From Candidatus Latescibacterota bacterium (GTDB lineage: Bacteria; Latescibacterota; UBA2968; UBA8231), in contig CBDCSU010000004.1 in assembly GCA_965221775.1 (NCBI GenBank), forward strand, positions 832,001 to 896,000: 64,000 nucleotides of DNA, in the 5' to 3' direction. The notes under the pieces are model-generated. The model had not been told where the DNA came from. It saw only the letters and a program-made list of their open reading frames with translations, and searched no databases. Below, piece after piece: positions 52,854-62,190 of the stretch. Position 1 is the stretch's first letter. Every line of letters begins with the position of its first letter. Both the position numbers and the translations under genes were made by a program.

Positions 52854-55460
52854 TTACCTCAGCAGCAACAGCCGCCGCGTCGCCGTGCCGGCGCCCGAGC
52901 GCAGCCGCGCCAGGTACACCCCGCTGGCCGCCGGCTCACCGCCCTCGTCGCGGCCGTCCCAGGCCGCCCGGTGCGCGCCGGCGGGCAGCTCGCCGTCCAC
53001 CAGCGTGCGCACCTTCCGGCCGAGGGAGTTGAAGACGGTCACCCGCGCCCACCCCGGCTCGGCCAGCGCGAAGGGGATGACCGTGCCGGCGTTGAAGGGA
53101 TTGGGGTAGCTCGGCCCCAGCCGGAACTCGCCGGGCGCCGCCGCCGCGTGATCCTCCAGGACATTGGTGCCCCCCGACATCTCCAGGATGCCCTCGCCGG
53201 CCAGCTCCAGGGTGAGGACACCCTCTGACACCGTCCTGCCGGTCAGTCCCCCGCTGAAGGTGACCCCCTCCGGCAAGCCGGCCATGGGCAGGGCCACCGT
53301 GTAGCCGGAGTCCGGTCCGCGAAGGAAGCCGCTCACCCTCTCCGGCGCCAGCTGCAGACTCGCGTCCACCGGCTCCGAGGCGGTGAAGACCGTTCCGCCG
53401 CCGGCCTCCAGGCGGGTCCCGTCCTGGAAGCTGAAGCCGGTCAGCTCCCCCCCCTCGCAGCGCACCAGTCCCAGGCGGCCGTCGCCGGCGACCTCGCCGG
53501 CGGGAGCGGGGAAGCGCACGCCCGCGTCGCCGCCGCGGGTCCAGGCTAGGTCGACGAGATCGCCCAGCTCCATGCGCACCACCCGGCCGTGGCCGGTCTC
53601 CACCAGGCTCAGCACGGGCTTGGCAGCCTCCGAGGCCCGAGGGTAAAGCAGGCTCAGGAACTCCACGTCGCGGCCCTCGGCCTCGACCCGCATCACCGTG
53701 TGCGTCGACTCCTGCCGGTAGTCGAAGGAGTGGATCGCCTCGGCCTCGCTGAAGGCCGCGCCCTCCGGCGCCGCCACGAAGGCGAGGAGTTGCGCCCGCG
53801 GACGGGTCCAACGCGCCAGGGCCCCGTCGCGTTGGTAGGTGCCGCCGCTGTCGCCGCCCCCGTGGCCGTGGAGCCGCCACTCGTAGGTGTGGGAGCCGTC
53901 GCCGCGGACCTCGTCGACCACCACGAAGTAGCTGCCGTCGACGAACATCACGCAGCGCAGGAAGTCGGCGTCGGCGTACCCGGCCTTCACCTCGGCGTAC
54001 TCCACGAGGCCGCTGGTGAAGGTCTGCCGCAGATAGGCGTCGTTGCCGCCGTCGATCGACTCGCCCTCGATGATGCGCAGGGGCGGACCCTCGCCGTCGA
54101 CCAGGATCAGGTTGTGGTTGTGTCCCTGATTCACCTTGAGGTGGTTCTCGTAGTTGATGTAGCCCGCGTCGAGGGCCAGCATCTCGCCGCCGGCGTAGAG
54201 GAGGAAGCTGGTCTCGTCGGGATGCTCGTGGCTGAACCCGTGCAACCGCGCCGACCCGTGCTCGCCGCGCAGCAGCAGGTAGGTGGCCCCGGGACCCCAG
54301 TCGCTGCGGAAGACGGCGTCCCCGGCGGCGGGCATGAACACCGTGGGGCCGTGGTCCGGCGCCCGCGCCTCCACGGAGTCGTCGTAGATGGCGATGGCGT
54401 CCATCTCGTTGAACCCGCGCGTGAACGGTCCGTTCTCGTTCTGCTCCCAGTCCCAGCGGTGGAGGCCGCCGTCCGCGTACACGGCGGAGAGGTAGTGGCC
54501 GTAGGCGTCGTCGAGGTGGGCGTCGTCGATGTTGGGGCGGCGGCCGCTGGGCAGGCGCAGGTTGAGGGACCAGCGGTGCGTCGCCTCGACCTGGGGGTCG
54601 GCGAAGAGGTCGACGCCCGTGAGGTTGCGGAGGGCGTACATCCAGGGCAGATAGACGTCGGCGGCGTAGCGGCTGTAGAAGGGCCCCTCGGCCCAGCTCC
54701 CGTCCTCGTCGTCGATCTGCTGCCACAGGGAGCGGGTCACCAGGTCGTAGGCGTGATCGGCCCACTCCTGGGGCGTGTTCGCCCCGCCGGGGTGGTCGGA
54801 CAGGGCCATCGCCGCCAGTCCGAGGCCGGCGTAGGCGCGCACGTGCCAGTTGTTCCGGATCTGCCGCAGCGGATTGCGCGGGTCCGGGGTATCGTGGAGG
54901 CGGATCTTGAGGGTCACCAGCCCGAGGTTCACCTCCCGGACGATGATGCCGTCGAAGATGCGCTGCGCCTCCTCCGCCAGGATCGCGCGGATCTCCTCGA
55001 GGTCGGCCGGGGTGTTGGCGGCGTACTCGTGGATCATGTCGCAGGCGATGGCGTACTGGGCCGCCACCTCGCCCTCGGCGTGGGCCTCCCCCATGTCGCC
55101 GCCCCGGGGTGGGAAGCGCACGTCGAGGAGCAGGTCCACGGCCTGGCGCGCGTAGCTCTCGTCGCCGGTGATCTGCCAGGCGAAGGCGGCGCTCTTGGCG
55201 TAGCGGACCTTCCGCCGTTCCTCCGGGATGTTGGAGGGCACGGACCCGGCCCGCTCGAGCACCGTCCGCCACCAGGCGGCGTACGGCTCGCGGCCGATGC
55301 GGTCGCGGAGGACGGGAAGCTCTTCGGCCGTGAACAGCAGGCTCGGATGGGTCTCGGCCGGCAGGGTCTGCGAGGCGGCGGGAGGGGCCGCTGCGGCCAT
55401 CAGGAGTGCCAGGGCGGCGGCCAGGACGGCCGCGGACGAGGGAGCCTGGGAAACGCGCAT
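52854..55460 (-). CDS. Secreted heparinase II/III family polysaccharide lyase with C-terminal FlgD-Ig domain
   Basis: Signal peptide; HPSLLF, NNW, WAEGPFY, FRSDW, HEHPD, HNLILVDG; ends SYPNPFN...ASGVYLARL. Confidence 0.88.
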   Translation of the reverse strand: MRVSQAPSSAAVLAAALALLMAAAAPPAASQTLPAETHPSLLFTAEELPVLRDRIGREPYAAWWRTVLERAGSVPSNIPEERRKVRYAKSAAFAWQITGDESYARQAVDLLLDVRFPPRGGDMGEAHAEGEVAAQYAIACDMIHEYAANTPADLEEIRAILAEEAQRIFDGIIVREVNLGLVTLKIRLHDTPDPRNPLRQIRNNWHVRAYAGLGLAAMALSDHPGGANTPQEWADHAYDLVTRSLWQQIDDEDGSWAEGPFYSRYAADVYLPWMYALRNLTGVDLFADPQVEATHRWSLNLRLPSGRRPNIDDAHLDDAYGHYLSAVYADGGLHRWDWEQNENGPFTRGFNEMDAIAIYDDSVEARAPDHGPTVFMPAAGDAVFRSDWGPGATYLLLRGEHGSARLHGFSHEHPDETSFLLYAGGEMLALDAGYINYENHLKVNQGHNHNLILVDGEGPPLRIIEGESIDGGNDAYLRQTFTSGLVEYAEVKAGYADADFLRCVMFVDGSYFVVVDEVRGDGSHTYEWRLHGHGGGDSGGTYQRDGALARWTRPRAQLLAFVAAPEGAAFSEAEAIHSFDYRQESTHTVMRVEAEGRDVEFLSLLYPRASEAAKPVLSLVETGHGRVVRMELGDLVDLAWTRGGDAGVRFPAPAGEVAGDGRLGLVRCEGGELTGFSFQDGTRLEAGGGTVFTASEPVDASLQLAPERVSGFLRGPDSGYTVALPMAGLPEGVTFSGGLTGRTVSEGVLTLELAGEGILEMSGGTNVLEDHAAAAPGEFRLGPSYPNPFNAGTVIPFALAEPGWARVTVFNSLGRKVRTLVDGELPAGAHRAAWDGRDEGGEPAASGVYLARLRSGAGTATRRLLLLR

Positions 55461-55800
55461 GGGTACAGCCGTCTTTCGAATCAGCAAGGGGATCGGGTGT
55501 CGCGGGGGAAGAACGCGCGCGGCTGCAGGAGTGCCGCGGCGTCAACAGGCAGGGGACAGATGAAAGGTATCCCCGTCCTTTTGCCAATTCCAACCTCCCC
55601 CCGGGAGTGGCTGACGGCCCTGGGTCCGGAGGCCCGCCAGGGGCGCCGCCGCACTGCAGCGGGTACGCCTCCCGCCGCGAGTCGTGGTCCTCGATCAAGG
55701 CGGATGGGGTCCCCCGGCCAGAGGACCGGCGCCGAGAGGCCGCCCCCGGGGTTCGAGGGCGGTCTCCCCGGAGCCCGCCGGCACCGCCCGCCGGACCTGC

Positions 55801-55829
55801 TTGACAGTCCGGGAGGCCCCGGGTAGAAT
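55801..55829 (+). promoter_or_regulatory. Sigma70 promoter for mltG-pcrA
   Basis: TTGACA (55801-55806), 17 nt, TAGAAT (55824-55829). Confidence 0.75.
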
Positions 55830-55958
55830 CCCGCCGAGCGTCCTCCCCTGGCTCACGCGCGATCCGCTTCACCCACCGACCCGTCCTCGACGGCCGCGGG
55901 ACCGGCTGGCCCCCCGGCCCTCCACCGATCCACCGTTTCGCCGGGACCGCCGATCCTC

Positions 55959-57002
55959 TTGCCCCTTCCCTCCATCCGACGCTGGCTCGCACTGGCCGCG
56001 GTTCTCGCCGCCGCCGGGGCCGGCGCCGGCGCGGCCTTCCTGTGGCACCTGGGCCGGCCCACGGGGGGTCCGCCGGTGGCGGTCTCCATCGACGAGGGCA
56101 TGAGCGCGCGCGCCATCGGCGTCCGCCTGGAGGCGGTGGGGCTCGTGCGCAGCGCCCGATTCTTCGAGGCCGCGGCGCGCTGGCGGGGCCTGGCCAACCG
56201 CCTGGAGGCGGGGCGCTACCGGCTGGACGGCTCGCGCTCTCCAAGCCAGCTCCTCGACGATCTGCTCGAGGCGCCGCTGCAGATGGTGCGCGTCACCATC
56301 CCCGAGGGGCTGACGCGCCGGCAGACGGCGGGGCGGCTGCGGGCGGCGGGGCTGGCCGACTCGGCGCGCTTCATGGCCGCCACCGAGTCGCCGCGGCTGA
56401 TCTCCGACCTCGGCGTCGAGGCGGGGACGCTGGAGGGCTACCTCTTCCCCGAGACCTACTTCCTGCCGCCGGAGGTCACCGAGGAGGAGATCGTGCGCCA
56501 CATGGTGGCCGAGTTCTTCCGCGTCCTCGACGACACCCTGGCGGCGCGGCCGCCGGAGCTGGGCCTCTCCCTGCACGAGGCCGTCACCCTGGCCTCCATC
56601 GTCGAGGGCGAGGCCATGGCCGCCGCGGAACGCCCGGTCATCGCCGCCATCTTCCACCGCCGCCTCAACCTCGACCGCCGCCTCGAGTCGTGCGCCACCG
56701 TGGAGTTCGCCCTCGGCGTGCAGAGACGGGAGCCGCTCACCAACGAGGACCTGGAGGTCGTCTCCCCCTACAACACCTACCGCCACGCCGGGCTGCCGCC
56801 GGGGCCGATCTGCAGCCCCGGCCGCGCCTCCCTGCGGGCGGCCCTGCATCCGCCGGAGACCGACTACTTCTTCTTCGTCGCCCGCGGCGACGGCACCCAC
56901 GAGTTCAGCCGCACCAACCGCGAGCACGAGGCCGCCAAGCGCCGGATCCGCCGGGCGGCCGCCGCCGCCCGGGCCGCCGCCGGGGCGGCGGGGCTCGACT
57001 GA
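55959..57002 (+). CDS. mltG: Endolytic transglycosylase MltG
   Basis: N-terminal TM; VTIPEG, LEGYLFPETY, LASIVEGE, SPYNTY..AGLPPGPICSPG. Confidence 0.95.
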   Translation: MPLPSIRRWLALAAVLAAAGAGAGAAFLWHLGRPTGGPPVAVSIDEGMSARAIGVRLEAVGLVRSARFFEAAARWRGLANRLEAGRYRLDGSRSPSQLLDDLLEAPLQMVRVTIPEGLTRRQTAGRLRAAGLADSARFMAATESPRLISDLGVEAGTLEGYLFPETYFLPPEVTEEEIVRHMVAEFFRVLDDTLAARPPELGLSLHEAVTLASIVEGEAMAAAERPVIAAIFHRRLNLDRRLESCATVEFALGVQRREPLTNEDLEVVSPYNTYRHAGLPPGPICSPGRASLRAALHPPETDYFFFVARGDGTHEFSRTNREHEAAKRRIRRAAAAARAAAGAAGLD

Positions 57003-59305
57003 TGGAGGCCGGTCACCTCGCCGGGCTGAACCCGGAACAGCGCCGCGCCGTCGAGCAGACCTCGGGCCCCCTGCTGGTGCTGGCCGGCGCCGGCTCGGGC
57101 AAGACCCGGGTCCTCACCCACCGCATCGCCCACCTCGTCGACGAGGCCGGGGTGGCGCCCTGGCACATCCTCGCCGTCACCTTCACCAACAAGGCCGCCG
57201 GCGAGATGCGGGAACGCATCGAGCGCCTGGTGGGCCAGGACTGCGCCGGGAGGCTGTGGATCGGCACCTTCCACTCGATCTGCGCCCGCCTGCTGCGCTA
57301 TGAGGCCGACGCCTTCGGCCTCCACGGCGACTTCACCATCTACGACGCCGAGGACTCCCGCGCCCTCGTGCGCCGCGTCCTCGACAGCCTCGACCTGGCC
57401 GAGCAGGACTTCCCGGCGCGGCAGGTCCACGGCGAGATCAGCCGCGCCAAGAACGCCATGATCGGCGTCGACGAGTTCACCCGCGGGGCCGACGGCAACC
57501 CCCGCCGGCGGCGCGTGGCCGAGGTCTACTCGGCGTACGAAGAGGGGCTGCGGGCCAACAACGCCTTCGACTTCGACGACCTCATCGTCGAGCCGGTGCG
57601 CCAGCTGCAGCGCCACGAGGAGGTCCTGGAGAAATGGCGGGACCGCTGGCAGCACATCCTCGTCGACGAGTACCAGGACACCAACCGCCCCCAGTACCTG
57701 CTCACCCGGCTGCTGGCCGCCGAGCACCGCAACCTGTGCGTCGTCGGCGACGACGACCAGTCGATCTACCAGTTCCGCGGCGCCGACATCCGCAACATCC
57801 TCGACTTCGAGGCCGACTACCCCGAGGCCGTCGTCGTGCGCCTGGAGCAGAACTACCGCTCCACCAGCCGCATCCTGGCCGCGGCCAACGCCGTCATCGG
57901 CCACAACCTCGCGCGCAAGGGCAAGAGCCTGTGGACCCGGGGGGAGGAGGGCGCGGCGATCCGGCTGGCCGAGTGCGGCGACGACCGCGCCGAGGCGCGC
58001 CACCTCGTCGAGGCCGTGGGCGCCCGCTGCCGCGACGAGGGGCTGACCCTGTCCGACGCGGCGATCCTCTACCGCGCCAACGCCCAGTCCCGCGTCCTCG
58101 AGGAGGAGTTGCGCCGCCGGGGCATCCCCTATGTCCTGGTGGGCGGCATCCGGTTCTACGAGCGCCGGGAGATCAAGGACATCCTCGCCTACCTGCGGCT
58201 GCTGGTGAACCCGGCCGACGACATCAGCCTCCTGCGGGTGATCAACACCCCCCGGCGCGGCATCGGCGAGCGGACGGTGGAGCGGCTGGCCGCCCACGCC
58301 GGGAGCTGCCACACCAACCTCATCCAGGCCGCCCTCGACGCCGCCGAGGTCCCCGGTCTCGGGGGCCGGTCGGCCAGGGCGGTGCAGGAGTTCGCCGCGG
58401 TGATGGAGTCCTTGGCCCGGGCCGCCGGCGGCGGCGGCCTCAGCCTCCCGGAGCTGGCCCGGGAGGTCATGGAGCGCACCGGCTACCTGGACGCCCTGGA
58501 GGCGCAGGACACGCCCGACGCCCAGGCCCGCCGGGAGAACCTCGACGAGCTGATCAACGGCATGGCCGAGTTCGCCGCCGAGCACGAGGACGAGGACGCC
58601 GGTCTGAGCCAGTTCCTGGAGCAGGTCGCCCTCATGACCTCCGAGGACGAGGCCGGTCTGGCCGCCGGCGACCAGGGCACCCTGACCCTGATGACCCTCC
58701 ACGGCGCCAAGGGACTGGAGTACCCGGTGATCGCCATCTGCGGCCTCGAGGAGGAACTGTTCCCGACGATGCGCGCCATCGAGGCCGCCCGCACCGACGC
58801 CGGCGCCATCGAGGAGGAGCGGCGGCTGTGCTACGTGGGCATCACCCGGGCCCGCCGCCACCTGCTGCTCACCTGGGCGCGCTGGCGCTACCTCTTCGGC
58901 CAGGCGCGGGAGATGCTGCCCTCCCGGTTCCTTTCCGAGATCCCGGAGGAGCTGCTGGAGAAGGAGGAGGTCGAGGCCCAGCTCGCCTGGGGCTCACCCG
59001 CCGGCGCCGAGCGCCGCAAGCGCCGGCGGTCCGGGGCGCCGCCTCCCCCGGCGCGAGAGAAGCCCGCCGTCGAGGCCCCGCCGAAGGGCGTTCACTACGT
59101 GCCGGACGAAGACTCCCCCGCCGGGGACGACTTCGACGCCGACGGCGACCCCCTGGCCGTGGGCCGCTGGGTCGTCCATCCCGATTGGGGGCGCGGTCAG
59201 ATCCTCGAGCGCGAGGGCAGCGGCGAGAAGACCAAGCTCTCCATCCGCTTTGGCGGCACGACCAAGCGAGTGATGGCCGCCTACGCCGGGCTGCAGCCGG
59301 CCTGA
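57002..59305 (+). CDS. pcrA: ATP-dependent DNA helicase PcrA/UvrD
   Basis: LAGAGSGKT, TFTNKAA, VDEYQD, GDDDQSIY, LEQNYRS, HGAKGLE, EERRLCYVGITRA; C-terminal Tudor-like VHPDWGRG. Confidence 0.95.
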   Translation: MEAGHLAGLNPEQRRAVEQTSGPLLVLAGAGSGKTRVLTHRIAHLVDEAGVAPWHILAVTFTNKAAGEMRERIERLVGQDCAGRLWIGTFHSICARLLRYEADAFGLHGDFTIYDAEDSRALVRRVLDSLDLAEQDFPARQVHGEISRAKNAMIGVDEFTRGADGNPRRRRVAEVYSAYEEGLRANNAFDFDDLIVEPVRQLQRHEEVLEKWRDRWQHILVDEYQDTNRPQYLLTRLLAAEHRNLCVVGDDDQSIYQFRGADIRNILDFEADYPEAVVVRLEQNYRSTSRILAAANAVIGHNLARKGKSLWTRGEEGAAIRLAECGDDRAEARHLVEAVGARCRDEGLTLSDAAILYRANAQSRVLEEELRRRGIPYVLVGGIRFYERREIKDILAYLRLLVNPADDISLLRVINTPRRGIGERTVERLAAHAGSCHTNLIQAALDAAEVPGLGGRSARAVQEFAAVMESLARAAGGGGLSLPELAREVMERTGYLDALEAQDTPDAQARRENLDELINGMAEFAAEHEDEDAGLSQFLEQVALMTSEDEAGLAAGDQGTLTLMTLHGAKGLEYPVIAICGLEEELFPTMRAIEAARTDAGAIEEERRLCYVGITRARRHLLLTWARWRYLFGQAREMLPSRFLSEIPEELLEKEEVEAQLAWGSPAGAERRKRRRSGAPPPPAREKPAVEAPPKGVHYVPDEDSPAGDDFDADGDPLAVGRWVVHPDWGRGQILEREGSGEKTKLSIRFGGTTKRVMAAYAGLQPA

Positions 59306-59464
59306 ACCAGACCCTTGAATGCCCATGCCAGGCTCGACTGTCCTGGACTTCTTCGAGGGTTTGCTGTAAATCCCCCCCCCCAGGGTCTGTCCGACCTGAG
59401 CATCCGGCAGCGAGCTTCCCGGCGAATGAGGCCCTTGAGAGCCTGAACTGAAAGGAGAGCGCAA

Positions 59465-59725
59465 GTGACAGGAGAGACTATAATCGGCGCCATGGCGGCG
59501 ATCATTGTCGCCACCATTGGACTGAAGACTCTCTTTCGAAGTGAGGGGAAGTCCATCGGGGAAGACTTGAAGAAGGAATTGGGAGCCATGGAGAAGCGAA
59601 TCAAGGACAATGCTGACGCGGCCCATGCTCAGATTGGAGAGCGGATTGCCGGCCTGGACAATCGGGTCAATTCGCTGCATGAAGATGTGCGCGCGATCCG
59701 CAGCGCAATCCTGAACAAGAAGTGA
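59465..59725 (+). CDS. Small membrane-anchored coiled-coil protein
   Basis: AAAGGAG SD plus GTG; hydrophobic N-terminus then heptads IAGLDNRVNSLHEDVRAIR; markedly lower GC. Confidence 0.72.
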   Translation: MTGETIIGAMAAIIVATIGLKTLFRSEGKSIGEDLKKELGAMEKRIKDNADAAHAQIGERIAGLDNRVNSLHEDVRAIRSAILNKK

Positions 59726-59842
59726 TCCGGCCCATGGGCTGCAGCCGGCCCGGTAGTGGGCCCAGCTGGCGCAGCAACGCCCATCGCCCCCCTCTGCCGC
59801 AGGCAGCTCCCTTGACGCCGCCGGCCTGAGTCCCGCCCCGCT

Positions 59843-62020
59843 CTACCGCAGCAGCGCCATCGACCGGCTCTGCCGGAAGGCGGACCCCCCGCCGCCGCGG
59901 GCCTCCATCACCGCCACGTAGACCCCGCTCGCGGCGCTGACACCGCTGTCGTCGCGGCCGTCCCACGCTACCTCCTGCACCCCCGCCGGCGCCGGTCCCT
60001 CCACGAGCTGCCGCAACCGCTGTCCGGCCACGTTGTACACGGCGATGCGCACGTCGGCGGGGGCGGCCAGGGCGAAGCGCAGGTGGGTGGAGGCGTTGAA
60101 GGGGTTCGGGTAGTTGCCGAGCAGGGCGTGGCTCTCGGGGAGGGCCCCGGTCTGCGGCGCCGCCACGGCCGTGACCGCCTCCCCGGGCAGGGCGAAGCGG
60201 ATGCCGGGAAGGCGGTCGCCGTCGGCGTCGACCACGTGTGCGGCGAGGATCGTCTCGCCCGAGTAGCTGGCCGCCTTGAAGAGCAGGCGGTTCTCCCCGG
60301 CCTGGAGCCGCACGGGGACCTTCTCCGCCGCCAGGGCGAAGGAGGCGGGCGAGGTCCGCGCGAAGACCTCCTCGCCGTTGAGCCAGACCTTCAGGTGCTC
60401 CTGGAAGCCCAGCCACAGGAAGCCCTCCTGATCGCCGGGCGAGTGGACGAGGGTGAAGGCGTAGCTCGTCGAGTTGCCCTCCCCGCCGGCGATCTCGCCG
60501 AGGTCGAGGATCTCGGCGCTGTACCCGAGGTGCTCGGCGCGGACCCAGCGGCCGGCGCCGGCGGTCTCGCCCTCCAGGGGCCGCAGGTCGGCCTCGCCCG
60601 GCAGGTGAACCTCGTCCACGTCGCGGCCCTCGAAGGGGCCGGCCGCCAGCCAGCGGCGGATGCCGCGGCCGTAGAAGAACCCCTGGCCGGAGCTGCCCCC
60701 CGACTTGATGAAGTCGCGCCGCACGCTCTCGGGCTCGCGGCCCACGACCCGGATCCGCTGCCGGTCGATGGTGCCGTAGCCCTTGGCCGCGGCCAGGTAG
60801 AGGGCCTCCAGGTCGAGGGCGTCGAAGCCCATGGCGACGTTGGCGATCGCCTCCGCGGCCAGCGGGTCGGAGCCGGCGACGACGACGTTGTGCTGCACGT
60901 TGTGCCCCCACTGGGGCCCGTGCCCCTCGGTGCCCCAGAACCCCTCGATCACCGAGTAGGCGGGCGGGTTGTAGGCGAAGAGGTCGACGTACCCGTGCTC
61001 GGGGTTGTTCTGGTAGTGCTCGCGCTTGGAGGTGCCGTCGCCGTAGGCGGCCGAGGCCAGGGTGCCCACGTAGTTCTTCAGCCCCAGGGTGGTCCCGTAG
61101 ATCGTCGTCTTCATCGCCGCCACGGAGATCACCTTGTCGGCGTCGAGGAACGGCTCGGGCATGTAGTAGCCGTCGGCGCGGAAGGAGCCGGTGCCCTCCA
61201 CGTGGAAGCCGAACTGGGCGCCGGGGTACCTCAGGCGCGTGACCCCGAGCCGCTGGAGGGCGCCGCCGGGGACCGGCTCGCGGCGGTAGGAGGCGTAGTT
61301 GAGGTCGGAGGTGTCGACCACGGTCTCCACCCCGAGGGCGCGGAACTCCTCGACGAGGCCCACGTAGGAGAGGTCGTCGAACTCGGGATAGGTCACCGAC
61401 CACGAGTCGTCCTCCAGGCCCGAAGGGAACCCGGGCTCGCCGCGGCGCGGCGACTCGGCCCCGCCCTCGGCGATGAGGATGCGCCGCGGGCCGACGTGCT
61501 CGATGAGGTAGGCGATGAGGCTCTTGACGACCCGCAGGTCGGTGATCTGCCCCGGGTGCTCGAAGCCGCCGTGAAAGTACCCGGTGCCGCTCTGTTTCTG
61601 GTCGAGGCGCCCGCGGTTGGTCACCGAGTTCACCTTGACGAGCACCTCGTCGCCGGGCTCGATGACGTCGCGGATCGAGGCCCCGGAGCGGTCGAGGTCG
61701 AGGGCCCGGCGGACGATGGCGTCGACCTGCGCGTAGCTCAGGTCCTGGTCGATGGCGGCCGGGTCGGCCAGTTCCGCGTCGATGGAGGCGGCCACCGCCA
61801 CCGTCGGATTCCCCTCCCCCAGAGTCAGGGTGCCGGGGCGCAGGATCGGCAGCCCCTGCACCTGAAGGGGCTCCTCGGAGGCGGCCTGCGACTCGGCGGG
61901 TCCGACGAAGAGGGTCTGGGCGAGGTTGAAGCGCAGGTCCAGGGCGACGAGGGCGGCGACGATCGAGGCCGCGAGGCCGGCACGGATCCAGCGCGGGACG
62001 GGATGGGCGGATCTTGTCAT
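59843..62020 (-). CDS. Exported DUF362 domain protein with a beta-sandwich module and C-terminal FlgD-Ig domain
   Basis: N-terminal hydrophobic segment; VLVKVN, ITDLRVV, IAEG, AMKT..GTTLGLKN; WLAAGPF...KVWLNG; NYPNPFN...ASGVYVAV. Confidence 0.85.
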   Translation of the reverse strand: MTRSAHPVPRWIRAGLAASIVAALVALDLRFNLAQTLFVGPAESQAASEEPLQVQGLPILRPGTLTLGEGNPTVAVAASIDAELADPAAIDQDLSYAQVDAIVRRALDLDRSGASIRDVIEPGDEVLVKVNSVTNRGRLDQKQSGTGYFHGGFEHPGQITDLRVVKSLIAYLIEHVGPRRILIAEGGAESPRRGEPGFPSGLEDDSWSVTYPEFDDLSYVGLVEEFRALGVETVVDTSDLNYASYRREPVPGGALQRLGVTRLRYPGAQFGFHVEGTGSFRADGYYMPEPFLDADKVISVAAMKTTIYGTTLGLKNYVGTLASAAYGDGTSKREHYQNNPEHGYVDLFAYNPPAYSVIEGFWGTEGHGPQWGHNVQHNVVVAGSDPLAAEAIANVAMGFDALDLEALYLAAAKGYGTIDRQRIRVVGREPESVRRDFIKSGGSSGQGFFYGRGIRRWLAAGPFEGRDVDEVHLPGEADLRPLEGETAGAGRWVRAEHLGYSAEILDLGEIAGGEGNSTSYAFTLVHSPGDQEGFLWLGFQEHLKVWLNGEEVFARTSPASFALAAEKVPVRLQAGENRLLFKAASYSGETILAAHVVDADGDRLPGIRFALPGEAVTAVAAPQTGALPESHALLGNYPNPFNASTHLRFALAAPADVRIAVYNVAGQRLRQLVEGPAPAGVQEVAWDGRDDSGVSAASGVYVAVMEARGGGGSAFRQSRSMALLR

Positions 62021-62067
62021 GACGATGCCTTCCGGGGCGGCCTTCGGGCCGGGATGGGATACCCGAT

Positions 62068-62096
62068 AGCCTACCGGTGCCCGCTCTCCCCGTCAA
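62068..62096 (-). promoter_or_regulatory. Sigma70-type promoter for the DUF362 gene
   Basis: Minus strand TTGACG (62091-62096), 17 nt, TAGGCT (62068-62073). Confidence 0.6.
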
Positions 62097-62190
62097 AGCC
62101 GCGCCGTTGCGCCCCTCCGCCCCCCGGCGTACCTTCCCTCGCAGCTCTCGCGGTTCTTTGCTACTCCTTCTCCCACAAGGTCTTCCGCCG

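Noticed and set aside
55490-55800. Riboswitch or ncRNA in the heparinase-mltG intergenic region
   Set aside because: Only generic GC-rich hairpins, with no recognisable conserved RNA motif; an Rfam search would be needed.
56042-57001. N-terminal extension of PcrA (1087-aa ORF)
   Set aside because: The extension is an off-frame overlap with mltG; helicase motifs begin at ATG 57002.
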